Of a DNA stretch of 27,702 bases, positions 7,334 through 14,652 are shown in pieces (the first letter of the stretch is position 1; every line of letters begins with the position of its first letter). The notes beneath the pieces were generated by a model. That model worked only from the letters and a program-made list of their open reading frames with translations. It did not search any database and was not told the DNA's origin. Origin of the DNA: Candidatus Rokuibacteriota bacterium (lineage in GTDB: Bacteria > Methylomirabilota > Methylomirabilia > Rokubacteriales > CSP1-6). A program made the translations under genes and the position numbers. The stretch is taken from the NCBI GenBank assembly GCA_016184305.1, contig JACPCX010000111.1:1-27702 (forward strand). The letters run 5' to 3'.

Positions 7334-8947
7334 ATGGCGCGAACCGGAGCCGACCTGGTCGTCGAGGCGCTGCTGGCAGCGGGCGTCCGACACCTCTTCT
7401 CGCTGTCCGGCAACCAGATCCTGTCCGTGTACGACGCCACGATCGGGCAGCCGCTGTCGATCATCCACACCCGCCACGAGGCGGCCGCCGTCCACATGGC
7501 CGATGCCTGGGGGCGGTTGACCGAGGAGCCGGGCGTGGCCCTGGTGACGGCCGGGCCCGGCCACTGCAATGCGCTGTCGGCGCTCTACGGCGCGCTCATG
7601 GCGGAGTCGCCGGTCGTGCTGCTGAGCGGGCACGCGCCTGCCGCTCAGGCGGGGCGGGGCGCCTTCCAGGAGATGGACCAGGTGGGCGCCGCCCGGCCCG
7701 TGACCAAGGCCGCCTGGCTCGCCCGCGACGCCGAGCGCCTCGGCGAGGACATCGCGGCGGCGCTCGAGATCGCCAGGAGCGGCCGTCCCGGGCCTGTGCA
7801 CGTGAGCCTGCCTGGCGACCTGCTCGAAGCGCGCGTCAGCGCCCCGTCGCGCGCGGCCGGGCCTCGCCAGCCGGCAGCGTCCGAGGACCTTGCCGGTCCC
7901 ATGGGGGCGGCGCTTGCCCTTCTGGCCCAGGCGAAGCGCCCGCTCATCCTTGCGGGCCCCGCCATGGCGCGGGCCCGGCGCTGGGCGGCGGTGGAGCGCC
8001 TCTCGGCGCTCACGGGCATCCCCGCGCTCCCCGTGGAGAGCCCCCGCGGGATCAATGACCCGTGGCTCCACGCGGCCACCAACTCCCTGGGTCGGGTCGA
8101 CGTGGTGCTCCTCGCGGGGAAGCGGCTCGACTTCGCGCTGCGCTTCGGCGAGCCACCCGCCTTCTCGCGCGAGTGCCGCTTCATCCAGATCGACGCCGAG
8201 GCGCCGGCTGCGCCCGGCGGGCGAGTCGAGGTGGCCATGTGTGGCGATCCGGCGCGCGGGCTCGACCGCATGGCCGCCTTGGCGCAAGAGCGGACCTGGA
8301 CGCATCGCGCATGGGGTGAGGAGGTGAGGGCGGCCCGCAAGAGCGTGCCCGGGGAGTGGGAGTCTCTCCGCCGGTCGTCGAGCACCCCCATGCACCCGCT
8401 CCGCGTGTGCGCGGGCATACAGCCGCTGCTCGATCAGGGGGCGGTGCTGGTCGTGGACGGGGGCGAGTTCGGCCAATGGGCCCAGGCGGGGCTCGAGGCG
8501 GAGATCCGGCTGATCAACGGCCCGGCGGGCTCCATCGGCAGCGCCATCCCCATGGCCCTCGGCGCCAAGCTCGCTCACCCGGAGCGGCAGATCGTCGCCG
8601 TGCTCGGCGACGGCACCTTCGGCTTTCACGGGTTCGAGCTGGACACGGCGCTGCGGGCGGGGCTGCCGCTGGTCGCGGTGGTCGGCAACGACGCCCGGTG
8701 GAATGCCGAGCATCAGCTCCAGCTCCAGCACTACGGCGCCGAGCGAACCGTCGGCTGCGACCTGCGCCTCTCACGCTACGATCAGCTGGCGACAGCGCTC
8801 GGAGGTCATGGCGAATTCGTGGAAGCTCCGGAAGACCTGGAGCCGGCCCTGGCGCGCGCCGTGAAGTCCCGAGCGCCCGCCTGCGTCAACGTCGTGATAG
8901 ACGGCGTGGCGGCCCCCACCTACCGCGCGAGCGGCGCGGCCCACTGA
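7334..8947 (+). CDS. Thiamine-diphosphate-dependent enzyme (acetolactate synthase / 2-hydroxyacyl-CoA lyase-like)
   Basis: TRHEAAAVHMADAWGR, VTAGPG, GRPGPV and the ThDP motif GDGTFGF..VVGND; SD AAGGAG; likely cotranscribed with hisN. Confidence 0.9.
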   Translation: MARTGADLVVEALLAAGVRHLFSLSGNQILSVYDATIGQPLSIIHTRHEAAAVHMADAWGRLTEEPGVALVTAGPGHCNALSALYGALMAESPVVLLSGHAPAAQAGRGAFQEMDQVGAARPVTKAAWLARDAERLGEDIAAALEIARSGRPGPVHVSLPGDLLEARVSAPSRAAGPRQPAASEDLAGPMGAALALLAQAKRPLILAGPAMARARRWAAVERLSALTGIPALPVESPRGINDPWLHAATNSLGRVDVVLLAGKRLDFALRFGEPPAFSRECRFIQIDAEAPAAPGGRVEVAMCGDPARGLDRMAALAQERTWTHRAWGEEVRAARKSVPGEWESLRRSSSTPMHPLRVCAGIQPLLDQGAVLVVDGGEFGQWAQAGLEAEIRLINGPAGSIGSAIPMALGAKLAHPERQIVAVLGDGTFGFHGFELDTALRAGLPLVAVVGNDARWNAEHQLQLQHYGAERTVGCDLRLSRYDQLATALGGHGEFVEAPEDLEPALARAVKSRAPACVNVVIDGVAAPTYRASGAAH

Positions 8948-9211
8948 GGGGGGCCGTCTCCACTTGAAGCGAGGCGGCAGCATTGCTCGCCATGCTGGAG
9001 CGTGAGGGGAAGGTGAGGATCTGCCTGATGCAGCAGGCTGGCAATGCGGCGGATCGCGCCCCGAATCATCAGGCCGGCATCGCTGCCTGATCGGAGCCGA
9101 CGACTCCAGCCGGAATCTCCACTCGCTCCTCACCGCACCTCCCCGGGCCCGCGCGCCGGCCCAGCAGCTCCCGCCAGACCAGCGCCGGGCCCGGCTTGGC
9201 CTCCCCCTCGC

Positions 9212-9240
9212 TTGACAGCGCCACCGGAACCGCCTATAAC
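9212..9240 (+). promoter_or_regulatory. Sigma70 promoter of the ABC operon
   Basis: TTGACA-17 nt-TATAAC. Confidence 0.75.
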
Positions 9241-9291
9241 CGTCCTCACCTGAGCCCCGGGGGACTTGGTGGCGCGGGCGCCCCGATGAGC

Positions 9292-9416
9292 CCCGAAGGG
9301 GGCGAAGAGGCCCAACCGCTCAACCGGCGTCAATCACGTTCAACCGAGATGGTCAGACGCCCGAAGGGGGCGAAGAGGCCCAACCGCGACCCGATGTCAT
9401 CCACGTTCAACCGAGA
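9292..9416 (+). repeat. Tandem imperfect duplication in the 5' leader
   Basis: 28-nt CCCGAAGGGGGCGAAGAGGCCCAACCGC at 9292 and 9360; 15-nt CACGTTCAACCGAGA at 9335 and 9402. Confidence 0.9.
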
Positions 9417-9432
9417 CAAAAGGAGAGTCCAC

Positions 9433-10977
9433 ATGACACTCACCCGACGTGACCTTCTCAAGGGCGCCGCCGCGGCGGGCGCGGTCGCCGCGGTCGCCGA
9501 CCCGCTGGCGCGCTCCGCCTCGGCCCAGACCACCCAGAAGCGTGAGCTGGTGTGGGCCCAGGGCGGCGACATCTCGACGTTCGACCCCCACATCAGCACC
9601 TCCTCCAACGACATCCGGATCTCGTTCAACATCTTCGACAACCTCGTCAGCCGCCACCCCGACGGCAAGCTGTACGCGGGGCTCGCCACCGAGTGGAAGC
9701 TCCAGGGCCCGACCGCCTGGGCGTTCAAGATCCGGCAGGGGGCCAAGTGGCACACGGGGGACCCCTTCACCGCCGCCGACGCCAAGTGGAGCCTCGAGCG
9801 CACCTACGACCCGGCCCACAAGACGCGCGTGAACACCGTCTTCACCTCGATCGATCGGATCGAGGCGCCCGACGCAGCGACGCTTATCATCCACACCAAG
9901 AAGCCCGACCCGCTGCTGCCGGCGCGCCTGGCCTTCTACGGCGGCCAGATCGTCTCCCGGAAGTACTTCGAGGCGGCGGGGGCCGACGGGTTCCGATCCA
10001 AGCCGGTGGGGACGGGCCCTGTCCGCTTCGTCTCCTGGACCAAGGACGACAAGCTGGTGCTGGAAGCCAACCCGGACTACTGGGGCGGCAAGCCGGACTT
10101 CGACCGGATGATCGTCCGCCCCGTGCCCGAGATGGCCTCGCGCATCGCAGCGCTCCTCAAGGGCGAGGTGGACATCATCACCCAGGTCACCCCGGACCAC
10201 AACGACCGGATCAACGCCAACCCCACGACCCGGGCGGTGGGCGCACTCTACGCGGGGCTTTACGTGCTGGCCGTCAACAGCAAGATGCCGCCGCTCGACA
10301 ACCCACTGGTCAAGCAGGCCCTGTCACTCGCCATCGACCGCGACCTCATCGTCAAGGAGCTCTGGCGCGGTCGCGGGATCGTGCCGAGCGGCCCCATCGC
10401 CAAGGGGGACAACCACTTCGACGCCTCGCTGCCGCCGCTCGTGTATAACCCGAAGGAGGCCCGGGAGCGGCTGAAGAAGGCCGGGTACAAGGGAGAGGAG
10501 ATCTTCATCGAGACGACCTCGGGCTACACGGCCAACGACAAGCCCATGTCGGAGGCCATCCAGGCCATGTGGCGCGACGCCGGCATCAACGCCAAGGTCG
10601 AGGTGCTGGAGTACTCGGTGCGGGCCCAGAAGAACCGCGACAAGACCTTCAAGGGGCTGTGGTGGTCGGACCCGACCTCCACCCTCGGCGACCCGGACGG
10701 CATGATGTGGCGGCTCCTCGGCCCCGGCGGGCCCCAGGATTACTGGCGTCACGCGCGCTGGGACGAGCTCGGGGACAGGGCGCGCTTCTCCGTGGACGAG
10801 AAGTTCCGGGGCGAGGCCTACAAGGAGATGACGAAGATCTCCCTCGAGCACTTCCCCTGGATCCCCGTGATCCAGCCCTATGAGGACTATGGGATGCAGA
10901 AGTACGTGGAGTGGACGCCGAACCCGAACCAGCAGTTCGAGATCCGCCGCTTCAACTTCAAGTTCCGCCGGGCCTGA
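9433..10977 (+). CDS. Family 5 (DppA/OppA-like) ABC substrate-binding protein with Tat signal
   Basis: SD AGGAG; MTLTRRDLLK twin-arginine signal; GLATEW, FTAADAKWSLER, PVGTGP, LEANPDYWG. Confidence 0.93.
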   Translation: MTLTRRDLLKGAAAAGAVAAVADPLARSASAQTTQKRELVWAQGGDISTFDPHISTSSNDIRISFNIFDNLVSRHPDGKLYAGLATEWKLQGPTAWAFKIRQGAKWHTGDPFTAADAKWSLERTYDPAHKTRVNTVFTSIDRIEAPDAATLIIHTKKPDPLLPARLAFYGGQIVSRKYFEAAGADGFRSKPVGTGPVRFVSWTKDDKLVLEANPDYWGGKPDFDRMIVRPVPEMASRIAALLKGEVDIITQVTPDHNDRINANPTTRAVGALYAGLYVLAVNSKMPPLDNPLVKQALSLAIDRDLIVKELWRGRGIVPSGPIAKGDNHFDASLPPLVYNPKEARERLKKAGYKGEEIFIETTSGYTANDKPMSEAIQAMWRDAGINAKVEVLEYSVRAQKNRDKTFKGLWWSDPTSTLGDPDGMMWRLLGPGGPQDYWRHARWDELGDRARFSVDEKFRGEAYKEMTKISLEHFPWIPVIQPYEDYGMQKYVEWTPNPNQQFEIRRFNFKFRRA

Positions 10978-10983
10978 GCCCTC

Positions 10984-11019
10984 CCCCTCACCCTGCCCTC
11001 TCCCCCCGAGGGGAGAGGG
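10984..11019. repeat. REP-like palindromic repeat (copy 2)
   Basis: CCCCTCACCCTGCCCTCTCCCCCCGAGGGGAGAGGG between the binding-protein and permease genes; inverted relative to copy 1. Confidence 0.85.
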
Positions 11020-11039
11020 CATAGGGTGGGGGAGTCCCC

Positions 11040-11966
11040 ATGCGCGCCCTCCTCTCCTTCCTCGGCTACCGGCTCTTCCGCGCCCTGATCACCCTGTGGA
11101 TCGTGTCCACCGTGGTCTTCGTGGTGATGCGCCTGTCGGGGGACCCCGTGCCCCTGCTCCTGCCGCCCGACGCGCCGCGAAGCGAGATCTTCCGCGTGCG
11201 CGCCGAGCTCGGGCTCGACAGGCCGCTGCCCGTCCAGTACGGCGTGTTCCTCGGCAACATCCTGCGCGGGGACTTCGGCCGCTCCATCCACTTCAGGGAG
11301 CCGGCCTCGCGCGTCGTCATGGGGTATCTGCCGGCGACCCTCGAGCTGGGCCTCACCGCCTTCCTGTTCGCGGTGGTCGTCGCGGTCCCCGTCGGCCTCC
11401 TCTCCGCGGTCCGCCGCAACACCTTCCTCGACCACGCGACCATGGGCGTGGCCCTGGTGGGCCAGTCGGCGCCCACCTTCTTCATCGGCATCCTGTTCAT
11501 CCTGCTCCTGTCCCTCAAGGGCGGCTGGTTCCCCACCTCGGGCCGCGGCACCTGGGCCCACCTGGCCCTGCCGGCGCTCACGCTGGCCCTCTTCACCATG
11601 GCCTCCGTGGCCCGGCTCACGCGCTCGGCCGTCCTCGAGGTGCTGCGCGCCGACTATATCCGGACGGCCCGGGCCAAGGGGCTCGCGGAGCTCCTCGTGG
11701 TGGCCAAGCACACCTTCAAGAACGCCGCGATCCCCATCGTCACCATCACGGGGCTGCAGTTCGGCACACTCCTCGGCGGCGCCGTGGTGACGGAGACGGT
11801 CTTCGCGTGGCCCGGCATCGGGCGGCTTGCCATCCAGTCCATCTACAACCGTGACTACCCCGTGGTGCAGTGTGCGGTGTTCCTCTCGGCCGTGATCTTC
11901 ATCGTGCTCAACTTCCTGATCGACCTGATCTATGGCTTCCTCGATCCCCGCATCCGCGCCCGCTGA
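11040..11966 (+). CDS. DppB-like ABC permease
   Basis: GLDRPLPVQY, GDFGRS, DYIRTARAKGL, GGAVVTETVFAWPGIG, RDYPVVQ, LDPRIR. Confidence 0.95.
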   Translation: MRALLSFLGYRLFRALITLWIVSTVVFVVMRLSGDPVPLLLPPDAPRSEIFRVRAELGLDRPLPVQYGVFLGNILRGDFGRSIHFREPASRVVMGYLPATLELGLTAFLFAVVVAVPVGLLSAVRRNTFLDHATMGVALVGQSAPTFFIGILFILLLSLKGGWFPTSGRGTWAHLALPALTLALFTMASVARLTRSAVLEVLRADYIRTARAKGLAELLVVAKHTFKNAAIPIVTITGLQFGTLLGGAVVTETVFAWPGIGRLAIQSIYNRDYPVVQCAVFLSAVIFIVLNFLIDLIYGFLDPRIRAR

Positions 11967-12843
11967 GGCGGGCGCTGTCGTCCTCCACGCGGCGCGGGCC
12001 GGGCGCCAGACCCGGCGTGCCCGGTGGCTGATCTGGAGCGGGGTCGGCTTCGTGCTGCTGATGGCGGCGGTGGCCGCGGCGGCGCCGTGGCTGGCCCCCC
12101 ACGATCCGGTGCGCCAGTCCCTCCGGGCGCGGCTCCGGGCGCCGACGCTCGAGGGCCCGGACGGCAAGGCCCATGTGCTCGGCACGGACCACCTCGGGCG
12201 CGACGTCCTCTCGCGCGTGATCCACGGGGCGCGCGTGTCGCTGCTGGTGGGCTTCGCCGCCGTGCTCGTGGGAGGGGCCATCGGCTCGGTGCTCGGCATC
12301 GTCGCGGGCTTCCGTGGCGGCTGGGCGGACAGCGTCATCATGACGCTCGCCGACGCCCAGCTCGCCTTTCCCTTCATCCTGCTCGCTATCGGGATCATCG
12401 CGGTGCTGGGGCCTTCCTTCCCGACGCTCGTGGTGGTGATCGGGCTGTCCGGGTGGGTCTCCTACGCGCGCATCCTGCGCTCGCAGGTGCTCTCGCTCCG
12501 CTCGCGCGAGTTCGTGGACGCGGTGCACGCCCTCGGCGGATCGGTTCTGCGCATCGTGGTCCGGCACGTGCTGCCCAATGTGCTCTCCTCGCTGGTGGTG
12601 ATCGCCACCCTCGAGCTGGCGCGCGCCATCGTGCTGGAGGCGACGCTGTCCTTCCTGGGGCTCGGCGTGCAGCCGCCGACGCCGTCCTGGGGCGGCATGG
12701 TCCACGAGGGGCGGGAGTACCTCGACTCGGCGTGGTGGATCTCGACCTGCCCGGGGCTCGTCCTCATGGCGACCTCCATCGTCGTGAGCCGCACCGGCGA
12801 CTGGCTCCGGGACCTCCTCGATCCGACCCTGAAGGGGGAGTAG
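11932..12843 (+). CDS. DppC-like ABC permease (start uncertain)
   Basis: HVLGTDHLGRDVLSRVIHGARVSL, EAA-like EFVDAVHALG, HVLPN, LSFLGLGVQPPTPSWG. Confidence 0.93.
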   Translation: MASSIPASAPAEAGAVVLHAARAGRQTRRARWLIWSGVGFVLLMAAVAAAAPWLAPHDPVRQSLRARLRAPTLEGPDGKAHVLGTDHLGRDVLSRVIHGARVSLLVGFAAVLVGGAIGSVLGIVAGFRGGWADSVIMTLADAQLAFPFILLAIGIIAVLGPSFPTLVVVIGLSGWVSYARILRSQVLSLRSREFVDAVHALGGSVLRIVVRHVLPNVLSSLVVIATLELARAIVLEATLSFLGLGVQPPTPSWGGMVHEGREYLDSAWWISTCPGLVLMATSIVVSRTGDWLRDLLDPTLKGE

Positions 12844-12847
12844 GACG

Positions 12848-13375
12848 CTGAACGTCTACCTGTGCGGGATGATCGGCTCCGGCAAGACCGCGCTCGGCGA
12901 GCGGCTGGCCGCGCGCCTCGGCCGGCCCTTCCTCGACCTCGACCGGGAGATGGACAGAGAGCTCGGCCGGAGCTTTCACGACCTCGTGCGGGAGCAGGGG
13001 TGGCTGGCGTTCCGCGAGGTCGAGTACCGGATCTGCAAGCGCCTGGCGGCCATGCCCGGGATCGTCTGCGCGCTGGGTGGCGGCACGGTGCGCTACGAGT
13101 GGAACCGGGACGCGCTGCGCGGCAGCGGGATCACCGTCCTCCTGGAGGCCGGCCTCGCCACGCTCGCCGCCCGCGTGAGCCGGGCCGACCGGCCGCGGGT
13201 CCACGCCGGCACGACGCTCGAGGAGGACCTGGCCGCCATCTGGTCCACCGCCGCGCCCCTCTACCGCCGGGCGGCCGATCTGGTCTACCGGACGGACGCC
13301 GGCCGGACGGTGGACGAGGAGGTCGAGGACCTGCTGAGGCTCCTGTCGCCGGTCCTGTCCCGCCCCGGGGAGTGA
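12848..13375 (+). CDS. Shikimate-kinase-family kinase, probable CTG start
   Basis: NVYLCGMIGSGKT Walker A, DLD, FREVE, LGGG, RP, PLY; in-frame TGA at 12830 and GGAG 7 nt before CTG 12848. Confidence 0.8.
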   Translation: MNVYLCGMIGSGKTALGERLAARLGRPFLDLDREMDRELGRSFHDLVREQGWLAFREVEYRICKRLAAMPGIVCALGGGTVRYEWNRDALRGSGITVLLEAGLATLAARVSRADRPRVHAGTTLEEDLAAIWSTAAPLYRRAADLVYRTDAGRTVDEEVEDLLRLLSPVLSRPGE

Positions 13376-13420
13376 GTGGAACGCCGCGGCCGGGGCGCCC
13401 CCGCCTGCTACAGTCTCGTC

Positions 13421-13667
13421 ATGGCTCGCCGCATCACCGCGCGAAAGACCACCTATCGCGAGATGGACGATCGCTTCGACGTGGAGTTCTGGGCGAGCAT
13501 CAGCCCGGACGAGCGGTTCGCCGAGGCGTGGCGGCTGAGCGAGGAGATCTGGCGGCTCAAGGGATGGGATCCCGGTGAACCAGGACTTTGTGAGGAACAA
13601 GGCCGCGCTCGGCCGCCCAAAGGACCTTCTCGACCTCGATCTGCTCCGCCGGCACCACCCGCGCTGA
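13421..13667 (+). pseudogene. Collapsed two-gene module: small protein 5' part joined to a nucleotidyltransferase-like C-terminus
   Basis: MARRITARKTT..DVEFWASISPDERFAEAWRLSEE..GEPGL, then in another frame DFVRNKAALGRPKDLLDLDLLRRHHPR* (NK.A.GR.KDL.D, typical of small DUF6036-like nucleotidyltransferases); -10 TACAGT 6 nt before ATG. Confidence 0.65.
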
Positions 13668-13732
13668 GCGCCGGCGGGCCGGGAGGCGCCCCTCGGCCTC
13701 GCACGGCGGCGCTGATCTCACGCGGCGGGCGC

Positions 13733-14329
13733 TCACCCCGTGACCGGGCGGCGCTTTCGCCGCGCCCCTACCGGCCCATGCAGCGCGAGCAGGCGCTCGC
13801 GCGAGATCCAGAGCTGGCGCGCGCGGGGGAGGGTGCCGAGCCGCGGGCGCGCGGCGCCCGCAGGGTGCAGCGCCACCAGCAGCAGGCGCTGGTAGGCCCC
13901 GATGACGCGCGCACTCGCGAGACGGTTCCCCGCCGCCTCGTCGAAGCCGATACGCTCGACGAGGCCACCGAAGATCGTCGTCGCCGTGAAGGCGCACACG
14001 TGGGCGAGTGGGCCGCCGTCCGCCGCGAGCGCGGCCAGCGCCTCGAGCGATGCCAACACGCGGCGGCGGAAGAGCAGGCCCACCGTGCGCTGGCCGGGCG
14101 ACCCGTGGTGGAGCGCGAGGATCCGGCGATTGTTCAGGTGGAGGATCCCGATCGGATCGCCGCGGCGCACGGTCGTGCCGTCGGGCAGCCGGCGGGTGCG
14201 GCGGCTCCGGCGGAGCTCGAGGCAGAGCGCCGGCCCCACCTGGGCGGCGGGCGCATCGAGGGCGTGGAGCGTCCGGTAGCCGAGGTCGAAGCGCTCGACG
14301 ATCCAGCGCGTCCACGCGTCCTGCGTCAC
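13733..14329 (-). CDS. YkoP-like domain protein
   Basis: LPDGTTVRRGDPIGILHLNN, SLEALA, RIGF and QLWISRERL resemble the YkoP domain. Confidence 0.6.
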   Translation of the reverse strand: MTQDAWTRWIVERFDLGYRTLHALDAPAAQVGPALCLELRRSRRTRRLPDGTTVRRGDPIGILHLNNRRILALHHGSPGQRTVGLLFRRRVLASLEALAALAADGGPLAHVCAFTATTIFGGLVERIGFDEAAGNRLASARVIGAYQRLLLVALHPAGAARPRLGTLPRARQLWISRERLLALHGPVGARRKRRPVTG

Positions 14330-14386
14330 GACGGCCCTCCGCAGCCGCGCACGAGGCCGGCGACGCGCGCGCGGCGCTCCGGGGGG

Positions 14387-14599
14387 ATGGGCACTCTTCT
14401 CATTCTTGCAGCCTGGACGCCCGGCGTAAACGCCCTGGGCCCGTCGGACGACCAGCGCCGGCGCCTCGAGGGCGGCGACGTCGTCATCCTCGATATTCTA
14501 CCGCCTGGCCGCGACGCCATGAGGGCCTCGCCCTACTTTCGCACAGGTGAGGTGGACACCATCAGGGCCGTTCGCGCCCGCGCCGAGGGTCGGGGCTAG
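14387..14599 (+). pseudogene. Probable internally deleted exported SRPBCC/polyketide-cyclase-like gene
   Basis: Signal-like N-terminus and RRRLEGGDVVI joined to a terminal TIRAVRARAE helix; only 70 aa. Confidence 0.35.
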
Positions 14600-14617
14600 G
14601 GCGCGCGGCTCGCGTCC

Positions 14618-14646
14618 TTGACAGGCTCCTTCCCGCTCCCTACCTT
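14618..14646 (+). promoter_or_regulatory. Sigma70 leaderless promoter of the TPR gene
   Basis: TTGACA-17 nt-TACCTT-6 nt-GTG. Confidence 0.7.
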
Positions 14647-14652
14647 GGGGAC

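Noticed and set aside
6422..8731. Long antisense ORFs (also 10887-12398, 14596-16203, 26661-27683)
   Set aside because: Typical high-GC shadow frames opposite well-supported genes, with no recognisable motifs
9283..9310. Active hammerhead ribozyme
   Set aside because: Core reads CCGAUGA..GAAG rather than CUGANGA..GAAA, and I could not build stems I and III; kept only as a resemblance
9292..9416. Mini-CRISPR array (28-nt repeats with a 40-nt spacer) or glycine riboswitch
   Set aside because: Only two copies, the would-be spacers share 15 identical nt, no cas genes, and the glycine aptamer motifs (GGAGA..CUCUCAGG) are absent
13376..14599. 407-aa ORF as a real gene
   Set aside because: Read-through joining a truncated small gene, the antisense of the YkoP-like gene and a separate remnant
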